Assembly (NCBI GenBank): GCA_964016885.1
Contig: OZ024741.1
Location: 36,828,001-36,892,000 of the forward strand
DNA length: 64,000 bases
Direction of reading: 5' to 3'
From: Eledone cirrhosa
Taxonomy: Eukaryota
The first letter of the stretch is position 1; each line of letters begins with the position of its first letter. A program made the translations under genes and the position numbers. The notes under the pieces were generated by a model that was not told the origin of the DNA, searched no databases, and was given only the letters and a program-made list of their open reading frames with translations. Positions 1 to 11,300 of the stretch are shown here, piece by piece.

Positions 1-536
1 AGCATGGTTGGTCACTCCTACTTGTTATGATCATGGACTATGAAAATCTGTCGAACCCATGTCAGTAAAATGATGATAATGATTATATACATATGTGTGA
101 TATGTGTGTGTGTATATATATATATATATATACACACACACGAATACAGTTCAACGAATTCTAAATAAAAATCTCAATAGTACTGTATATGACAGACAGA
201 TAAAAAGACTGAAATTTTCATCATCATCATCATCGTTTTTATGTCTGTTTTCTTATGCTTGCATGGGTTGGCTGGGTCCTTCTCAGTTTTTTTGTCATCT
301 CCTCTGTGCATCTCAACAATTTGAGGTCAGCTCTCACAACCTCTGCCTAGGTCTTTCTTAGTCTAACTCTATTGTGGCTTCCTTCCACTAGCATTTTCTG
401 GCACTTCTTCACCCAACAATTATCCATACACATCACATGTCCATACAAACGCAGTCTTCTCTCATGCACACACACCATCTCAGGTTCCTTTTTCTATTGT
501 TTTTTTTTATTTTTAAATTCTTTTAATATTTTTCAG

Positions 537-651
537 TCCCATATAACTTCCAAGAAGTGCTTATAAAATTTACCAAATCTGGCTACAGGGTCCTTGCTTT
601 TGCCTATAAACCTATTAAATTGAACTACATGAGAGTCCAGAGGGTAACACG
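537..651 (+). CDS. ATP13A3: P5B ATPase exon ([38 protein letters not shown])
   Basis: Polypyrimidine/tttcag acceptor; N-domain GYRVLA motif; phase-2 donor CG|GCAAGT. Confidence 0.88.
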
Positions 652-2300
652 GCAAGTATCCATGTTTTTCTCCTGATACATTAACTGTTGACTTATTTTA
701 TTTACATATTTGTTCAACTATTTGGTGAAGGTAGATTATATGATGTATAGGTTTGAAATATGATGTATGTCAGTAAAACATGTACGATTGTACGTTCTCT
801 AAAAATACACAGACACACATATCATCATTGTCATCATCATTATTTTACGTCCACTTGTCACGGTCCTTCGTCTTCTCCACCGTGAACTTCAGCGATCTGA
901 GGTCTGCTCTCACCACCTCCGCCTACGTTTTTCGTGGTCTTTCTCTACTACGTCTTCCTATATATATCATCATCATCATCGTTTAACGTCCAGCTTCCAC
1001 GTTAGCATGGGTTTGGACGGGAATTTTCCCACTTGAGGCAAGATTGGTTGTCTTGCTTGTATAGGACTGTCTGGCGGGTTTTCTATGGCTGGATGCCCTT
1101 CCTAACACCAACCACGTTTACAGTGTGGACTGGGAGGTTTTTACCGTGTTGCCTACACGGCCACATTACAGCGTGGACTGTGTTTTTTTGTCGTGACACC
1201 TACACGACCTCATTTATTTAGGACTGGATGTTGTGGTACCAACATAACTTTACATCGAAAGGGGGTGGTGTGGATGGGGTGGTGGTAGTTGGATGGGGGT
1301 GTATTTTGGTAAGAGCTGCCTACTGACTGTAGGTTTCGCTTTGCACTGAGGCAAGGCGGGTCTTCTGTATTACTGCATAGCACCAAAGATCTCGGTCCAG
1401 TGACATTGTCTTGGAGAGGTGTAAGTGTGTTAGGTCGGAATTTATCAAGTCGTCCCTGGTTTTTCTGGGTCTGCCTACTCTGTGGCTACCGTCTATTTTG
1501 ATCGCCCTGCACTTTTTTATACAGCTGTCATCTTTCATGCGCATCATGTGACCATACCAACATAGTCTTCTCTCGAGTAAACAGCATCTGATCCTTCTTA
1601 TTCCTAATTTCTCACTTAGTTCGTTTATGCTTTGCCGTTCACGTATATTACTATTACACATCCAACGGAGCATGCAAGTTTCGTTCCTCTCCAGTCTGCG
1701 TATATCCTCTGCACACAATGCCCAGGTCTCACTGCCATGTAACATTGCAGTTCGTATGCAGGCATCATACAGCCTGCCTTTCATTTTTAGAGAGAAACCT
1801 TTAGCGGCCAATAGTGGTATAAGCTCTCTGAACTTTTTCCATCCCGTTCTGACTCTAGCTACTGTACTTTCAGAGCACCCTCCACCACTGCTGATTTTGT
1901 CACCCAGGTAACGAAAGATGTCCACTATTTCTATAGAACCATCTGTGCAATGGAATGAGCTAGTATTTTTTGGGCACTTGCTGTTACTTATTGCACCTGA
2001 GCACCGGCCACATATAAAATCTATATTCTTAGTTAGCTTACCTGTGATCCCACTACATCTTTTATGCACCCAAACTTTGCATTTGGGACATAAAATGGAG
2101 TTTCTGCCTACTCCTTTCCTACACACTGAGCATGGCCATTTCCCAGATGGGACCAGTGCCCTATTTTCCTTCCTACAAACTAGAACTTTAGTCTTAGAGA
2201 CAGGTTAATTTTAAGGCCTTTTGATTCTAGGCCATGCTTCCATGTTTGTAATTTCTTCTCTAATTCAGCCATTGATTCAGCTATAAGCATTAGATCATCA

Positions 2301-2352
<52 letters not shown>

Positions 2353-5300
2353 TTAGGGTAAACATTTATGCAATTCAATTCAAGTACTCTACATACTTTT
2401 TCCACATAGGAATGTCGGAGTATATTTAGGCTAAGAAAATGTGAAGTAGATTCAGATGTTAAAGTCCTTCATTGATAAGACTGTGATACATATTTCAGTG
2501 ACGACATGGAACGGGCAAAGGCTTCAACAACATTCTCTTTGTCCGTTCCTTTGTCGTTTTAATTTGGATTGCCTCCAGAATATAACCTTATTATGTAAGA
2601 AGCTGATTTTGTTGTTGTTGTTACTGTTGTTGCTATTACTAGATGTTGTTGTTGTTACTGTTGTTGCTATTACTAGATGTTGTTGTTGTTTCTGTTGTTG
2701 CTATTACTAGATGTTGTTGTTGTTACTGTTGTTGCTATTACTAGATGTTGTTGTTGTTTCTGTTGTTGCTATTACTAGATGTTGTTGTTTCTGTTGTTGC
2801 TATTACTAGATGTTGTTGTTGTTTCTGTTGTTGCTATTACTAGATGTTGTTGTTGTTTCTGTTGTTGCTATTACTAGATGTTGTTGTTTCTATTGTTGCT
2901 ATTACTAGATGTTGTTGTTTCTGTTGTTGCTATTACTAGATGTTGTTGTTGTTTCTGTTGTTGCTATTACTAGATGTTGTTGTTTCTGTTGTTGCTATTA
3001 CTAGATGTTGTTGTTGTTACTGTTGTTGCTATTACTAGATGTTGTTGTTGTTTCTGTTGTTGCTATTACTAGATGTTGTTGTTGTTTCTGTTGTTGCTAT
3101 TACTAGATGTTGTTGTTGTTACTGTTGTTGCTATTACTAGATGTTGTTGTTGTTTCTGTTGTTGCTATTACTAGATGTTGTTGTTGTTTCTGTTGTTGCT
3201 ATTACTAGATGTTGTTGTTTCTGTTGTTGCTATTACTAGATGTTGTTGTTTCTGTTGTTGCTATTACTAGATGTTGTTGTTGTTTCTGTTGTTGCTATTA
3301 CTAGATGTTGTTGTTGTTACTGTTGTTGCTATTACTAGATGTTGTTGTTGTTTCTGTTGTTGCTATTACTAGATGTTGTTGTTGTTTCTGTTGTTGCTAT
3401 TACTAGATGTTGTTGTTGTTACTGTTGTTGCTATTACTAGATGTTGTTGTTGTTTCTGTTGTTGCTATTACTAGATGTTGTTGTTGTTTCTGTTGTTGCT
3501 ATTACTAGATGTTGTTGTTACTGTTGTTGCTATTACTAGATGTTGTTGTTGTTTCTGTTGTTGCTATTACTAGATGTTGTTGTTACTGTTGTTGCTATTA
3601 CTAGATGTTGTTGTTGTTTCTGTTGTTGCTATTACTAGATGTTGTTGTTGTTTCTGTTGTTGCTATTACTAGATGTTGTTGTTTCTGTTGTTGCTATTAC
3701 TAGATGTTGTTGTTGTTACTGTTGTTGCTATTACTAGATGTTGTTGTTGTTACTGTTGTTGCTATTACTAGATGTTGTTTCTATTGTTGCTATTACTTGA
3801 TGTTGTTGTTTCTGTTGTTGCTATTACTAGATGTTGTTGTTGTTTCTGTTGTTGCTATTACTAGATGTTGTTGTTGTTTCTATTGTTGCTATTACTAGAT
3901 GTTGTTGTTGTTTCTGTTGCTATTACTAGATGTTGTTGTTACTGTTGTTGCTATTACTAGATGCTGTTGTTGTTTCTATTGTTGCTATTACTAGATGCTG
4001 TTGTTGTTACTGTTGTTGCTATTACTAGATGTTGTTGTTGTTTCTATTGTTGCTATTACTAGATGTTGTTGTTACTGTTGTTGCTATTACTAGATGTTGT
4101 TGTTGTTTCTATTGTTGCTATTACTAGATGTTGTTGTTGTTTCTGTTGTTGCTATTACTAGATGTTGTTGTTTCTGTTGTTGCTATTACTAGATGTTGTT
4201 GTTGTTACTGTTGTTGCTATTACTAGATGTTGTTGTTGTTACTGTTGTTGCTATTACTAGATGTTGTTGTTGTTTCTGTTGTTGCTATTACTAGATGTTG
4301 TTGTTGTTTCTGTTGTTGCTATTACTAGATGTTGTTGTTGTTACTGTTGTTGCTATTACTGTTGTTGCTATTACTAGATGTTGTTGTTTCTATTGTTGCT
4401 ATTACTAGATGTTGTTGTTGTTTCTGTTGTTGCTATTACTAGATGTTGTTGTTACTGTTGTTGCTATTACTAGATGTTGTTGTTTCTGTTGTTGCTATTA
4501 CTAGATGTTGTTATTGCTGTTACTGTTGTTGCTATTACTAGATGCTGTTATTGTTGTTACTGTTGTTGCTATTACTAGATGATGTTGTTGTTGTTCCTGT
4601 TGTTCCTATCACTAAACTTTGTTGTTGTTGCTATTGTAAAACCAGGTTTTATCTGTTGTTACAGGGAACAAGTAGAGAAGGATTTAGAGTTTGTTGGACT
4701 AATTGTCTTTGAAAACCGCCTTAAAGAAGAAACGAAGCCAACTATTGACATACTTAATAATGCTGACATCAAAACTGTAATGGTCACAGGTGAGATATAT
4801 AACATAACTATATATGGGTGTCATAGGTGAGATATATAACATAACTATATACAGGTGTCATAGGTGAGATATATAACGACTATATACAGGTGTCACAAGT
4901 GAAATATATAACATAACTATATATGGGTGTCATAGGTAAGATATATAACATAACTATATACAAGTGTCACAGATGAGATATATGACATAACTATATACAG
5001 GTGTCACAGATGAGATATATGACATAACTATATATGGGTGTCACAGATGAGCTATATGACATAACTATATATGGGTGTCACAGATGAGATATATGACATT
5101 GTAACTATTTATACTATAATAAAGGGAGGAGTTTTATATTTTTTAATCCCGTTAGTAAAATAAGTTGGATTTCTTTGAATAAATAATGGTTTCTTATATA
5201 GGCACAATGCCTGTAATTTGGGGGGGGGGGGGGTCGATTTAATCGACCCCAGTGCATGCCTGGTACTTTATTTTATCGACCCCGTAAAGATGAAAGGCAA

Positions 5301-8300
5301 ATAACCTCGGTGGGATTTGAACTCAGATCATAAAGAACCGTAACTATATACTGCAAAGCATGGTGTCCGACTCTCTACCGATACTGCCAATCCACCACCC
5401 TAACATGGTATCCAACTCTCTACCGATACTGCCAATCCACCACCCTAACATGGTGTCCGACTCTCTACCGATACTGCCAATCCACCACCCTAACATGGTG
5501 TCCGACTCTCTACCGATACTGCCAATCCACCACCCTAACATGGTGTCTGACTCTCTACCGATACTGCCAATCCACCACCCTAACATGGTGTCCGACTCTC
5601 TACCGATACTGCCAATCCACCACCCTGAATAAATAATGAATGAATACTACATAATTTATGTTCTAAATTTCGTAGCTGTTGATTAAACATAAAGATTCTT
5701 ATATATAAGGATTGCTTATTTTAAGATTCACTACTTTTTAAATTTTCAAATGTCTACACTTCCAGTTATGATATAATGGATGCTATATCACATATCACTT
5801 ATATAAATGTCCATATATTTGCATCGTTATATCATAACGTTTATATTTCTGTCGCTAATTTTCTCCTTTTTCGTTTTCATTACATTTCTCCGTAATGCAG
5901 TTTATATATAATATCGTCTTTTTTAAATGTATCATGGGTTACTTTACTGATTACAGAAGAGAGTGTAACACAGTCTCTCTTCAATTTCTGTGCATATTGT
6001 CAATTACGATTTTATTTGACGTATCATATCTACATGCATATATCTTTGCATATAATATCAATATGCACACTACACATGCTAGCAGAAAACCACCGGAAGG
6101 GTGGTTTTTCTGCTAGTATAGAAGTAATTGTTACAGGTGAGAGATAGAACATTATAACTATATACAGGTAATTTTTTCAAGTGAGATATTATAGAACATT
6201 ATAGGGGTAATGGTTGCAGGTGAGATATATAACAACATTATAACATTTGGCAGTATTAATAGTGTCAGACACCATGCTTTGCAGTACAGAGTTATGTCCC
6301 TTTACGTTCTGAGTTCAAATCCCGCCGTGGTTAACTTTGCCGTTCATCCTTACGGTGTCGATAAAATAAAGCTCCAGTAACGCACCGGGGTAATTGCTGG
6401 CCTTGTACCAAAAGTAGAAACAATTATAACTATATTCAGGTAATTGTAGGCACATGGCTTAGTGGTTAGAGCATTGGCCTTGCAATCGAAAGGTTGTGAG
6501 TTCAATTCTCAGACCGGGTGATGTGTTGTTTCCTTGAGCAAGACACTTTATTTCACATTGCTCCAGTTTACTCAGCTGTAGAAATGAGATGATAGGGACT
6601 GGGACCTCTATCATTCCACTGCAAAGTGTTCGTGGAGGTGCCATGGAAAAAAAGCACCCAGCACTCACTGTAAATGAGATTGGTGTTAGGAAGGGCATCC
6701 AGCTGTAGAAATCAAGCCAGAATCAGTTCCCGTCCCACCCTTGCAAGCAGGGAAAAAGCGGACGTAAAATGAAATGATGATGTTACAGGTGAAAGATATA
6801 ACATTATAACTTTATACAGGTGTTACAGGTGAGAGATATAATAATATAACTATATAGAGGTAATTGTTACAGGTGAAATATATTATAACATTATAGAGGT
6901 AATGGTTACAGGTAAGATATAACATAACTATACACAGGTTAATAGTCCTTTATTTGAAATTCTAAAATCCCCAAACCTCCAAAATCCAAATGTTTTTCTA
7001 AAGCTGACATATTTGACAATCTGAGGCAAATGTGAAATAAGCAGATTTGTCTTGGTATAAAGCAAAACTGTTACATTAGCTGTAAAACTAGATTAGAACC
7101 AAATTTATATAAAACTCCCAGTCAGTTGGTTTAATAACCAGATGGTTGTTTAGTTGTTGTTGATTGTCAAAGCTCTTTCGTCACACATTCTGTGACCTCC
7201 TCAATGACTACTTTTGTAATTATTTTGTGTCACAAAAACAAGATTGTGTAGAACAGAGCAAAAAAGAGACACAAAATAACTACAAAAGTGGTCACTGATG
7301 AGGTCACAGAATGTGTTCGAAAGAGCTTTTATGACAATCAGCAACTAAACAACCATCCAGTTATTAAACTAACTGACAGGGAAATTATAATAATAAATTG
7401 AAGTGAAATCCAACAGGTGCATGTGTTTTTATTGGCAGCATGACCTTCCAAAGTATAACAGTACCTATATGAACACACGTTTTCAGATAAAGAATCTTGC
7501 AAAATAAATATAAAAATTTTATTTAATTATTTATTATTATTTTTTTTTTCAGGTGACAATATGTTGACTTCTTTATGTGTAGCTCGAAAATGTAATATGG
7601 TAGATCGTAATGATCAGATAATCCTGGTTCAGGCCTACCAGACAGCAGATAACATACCTACTTTGGAATTTGTCTATGCTGAAGAAAAAGACCGGAAAGT
7701 TGAGGAAGTGATTGCTATGGTAAGTTTTGGTATATCATGTCCAACATATTATAAATTGTGGAGATGCAAGGCTTAGTACAATCATAATGTTGTGGCACAT
7801 GGCTTAGTGGTAGAGCATTTAATATATATATATATATAAAGTTAGTGATAGTTCTTTTAATTTTGTTTCAGGTTGGTAGTACGACCACTATTCACATCGA
7901 TGAAGACAATCAACGTTTCCATTTTGCTGTGACTGGCCAATCTTGGGGTATAATCAGAGAATATTTCCCTGATCTTCTGTCCAAAGTAAGTCATATATGA
8001 AATATATTTGTCTAAATATATTTTTACCCATTAAAATATATTTTTCTTAAAATATTCACCTGGAATAGTGTGGAAAAATAGATATTAAATGGTGATGATA
8101 ATGATGATGTTTTCTGTTTCATGAATGGTCTATTTACCACACCATTAAATTGTACCTTGATCATTATACCATTAAACAATATAAGAAACTATAATAACTG
8201 TAAACATTCAATTTGTAAATCTTTTAGATCTTCATGATGTTTCACTGCAGGGGTGACATGCTTCACCCTTTTACTCTATATATACTATTATATTTTCACA

Positions 8301-11300
8301 GTAAACACTTTACCTCACATAATATTGAATCTATGAAATTTTGATATTATTTATTTTGAGAACAATACCTTAACGTTGGTATGAGTAGCCGGTTACAGCT
8401 AGTTTGAACAGAAAGAAGTGAGAGAATTCTGGCCGGATACAGCCAGTTTAAATGCTAGAGGGTTATCATTGCTTTGTTCTTGTCCTTATTTCCTATTTAT
8501 GGGAGGACTTTTCAGTTATGTCAAAGATATGATGGTCTCCCTAGTATTGGTGAGTTACATAATAAACACACCCAGTACACTCTGTAAAGTGGTTGGTGAT
8601 AAGAAGGGCATTCAGCTACAGAAAATCCACCAAATAAAGGGTTGGGAGGACTCTTCAGTTGTTTAAAAGACATAACAGCCTCCCCACTGCTGATGCCACA
8701 ATAAAATGCACCCAGTAGAGCATGGGAGAATATGAAAACAACTTGCTGACCCCTGGCCCATTTGAAAAGTCAATAAGTACTGGCTTTGACTGTAACAACC
8801 CATCTGACCCTTTGCTAACAGGGAAAATTAACATTAACCCTTTAGCATTTACATTACTCTATATATAATATGGTATTTTCACGATAAACACTTTATCTCA
8901 CATAATATTGAATCTGAGATTTTGATATTATTTATTTTTGAGAACAATACCTTAACATAAGTATGAGCAGCCAGTTTGAACAGAAAGAGGTGAGAGAATT
9001 CTGGCCGGATACAGCCAGTTTAAATGCTAAAAGGTTAAATGATGCGGATGTTGTGACAACCCCTCCAACCCTTTGCTAGCAGGTAAAATTACCATTAGAT
9101 GATGAGGGTGCTGTGACAACCCATCCAATCCTTTGCTAGCAAGGATAATTAACATTAAATGATGATGATGATACTATTTTAATGTTTTCATTTGTTATAT
9201 TCCAGTTGGTGGTTCGTGGTAAAGTGTATGCAAGAATGAATCCAAATCAAAAAGCTCAACTGATTGAAGTGTTGCAGTCATTAGGGTCAGTGAACATCAA
9301 CTCTGGGGATTTTGTAATTTCATTATCTTTTCACTTGTACATTTGAAGGTGTATTAGGAAGAAAGGGGCTGTCAGTTCTTGCATGAATTGAAAGACCTGT
9401 TCTGACATAAAGCCATGTGATGTCAGGGATTTCCTGGTCCATGTGATGTCATAGTTTTCTGGATACCATGTGATATCCCATTTTCATGGATATCATGTGA
9501 CGTTATAGTTTCTCGGCTACCATGTAATGTCTGGGTTTCCTGGATGCCATATGGCATCACAGTTTCCTGGATACCATGTGACGTCACATTTTCTAGGATG
9601 CCATGTGACACCAAAGGCCCTGTGACAGGCCTTGCACCAGATGCTGGACTTAATTAAGGAAAATCACCAGGAGCTTGATGTCACCTTGGAGAATGCAGAG
9701 GGGTTTGTATGGGATCGCCAGCGATAGAAGGCACTGGTGGACCTGGTCGGTTCTACACATGATAACACATTTAGGACTGCTGACCAAGATGACCCCAGTC
9801 CCAACGAGCAAGGGCAATACATGAGATAGATGAGACGATATAACATCAAGGTTTCCTTCTTCCTAGGTTAGCCTCTGATATTGTAGCCCAGACATCCTAG
9901 TGTTTTACACATGATGGGCTGGTTGGTAGGTTGGCAGTCTTTGATGTATCTGAATCCCTGTATTCTCTGTACTCAGCGACTTCTTAACCCTTTCATGACC
10001 ATATTTCTAATGAAATACACTCTATTTTAATTCATTTATGAAAAGTTTTGAGGGACTTACTAGAATTATTAATTATTCTATTATTAAGATAGTAACTTAA
10101 CATACGGTTCTTATATTAAATTACGTTGGAAGATTGTAAAGTTGTTGTGTAGGTGTCATGACAAAAAGCACCCATCCCACACTTTAAAGTGGTTGGCATT
10201 AGGAAGGGCATCCAGCCATAGAAACCAAGCCAAATTCAGTTCTATATGCGCAAGACAGTCATCTGACCTGGCGTGTTTCACAACGGAAGATTTCGTCTAA
10301 CTCATGTGGAAAAATGGACGTTAAACAACGATGATGATAAAGAGCGTTTTAAAACTAGTGGTTTTGTTTCTTAGGACCAGGGTTATATCAAAAGTTGTTT
10401 CATTTCAGTTTTTATTGTTTAACCCCGGGCCAACCCTCACCGAGTAGATTTATGACCAAAAGCATTCCAGTCATGATCATCTCGTCTTTTTATCAGATAT
10501 AAAGTATCTAAGATTACATTATCCAATGTGTTTGGTCCAAATCAGATTATTTCCCTATTCAATGCTAATCCCTATACCTAGAGGTTGTTCTTCTATATCT
10601 AGAGGTTTTTATCACCTGGGGATTTACTGGGTAGGAATTCTCTCACCTGATCTTACCTCTGGAACAACAAAACTTTACCCCAACCCATTAGTTGGCATAT
10701 GTTGTTAGTTTTCATTTTGCATATTTACATAATTTATACCAGTCATGGTCAAACTGTGGTCAGTTTGACTTTCTGAATGGCATACCTAATTTTAAAATTG
10801 CCTTGAATTTTTTAGTAGTGTGGCCCATCTTATGATGAGCCACATCCTATGTGGCCCACTGCTTGGAAAAGGTTGCCCTTACCTGCTTTATACTCTCTGG
10901 TCCCAAATAATAGGGCAGGGATAAGCGAGAGAGTTGGAATAAGTGGTGGGTTGGAAAATTGGTAATTTTTCTAGGTAATCGCCATTGATTTTTTTTAAAA
11001 ACCAGAATTAGTCATTTAGTTTACATAGTGAGATCCTAACCTATCCTATTTATTTTATAACATATGAGATTTCTAGTAATGTACTTTTTTTGTCATGTAT
11101 AATGTTTTTTAATGTATAAAAAGAAAATTAATTGTTGTAGGAATGCTACCACTTAAAATAAAATTTCACCAGAGATAGAATAGCAAAATTTAACAAGCGG
11201 AGGTGGAGGGTTGGAATAAGAACGGCAGAGAGGTGTGCAAAAAATCTGATAAATTAGGGGTGGGGGGGGGGGGGGGGGGGCGATTATTCGAGATCCAAGA

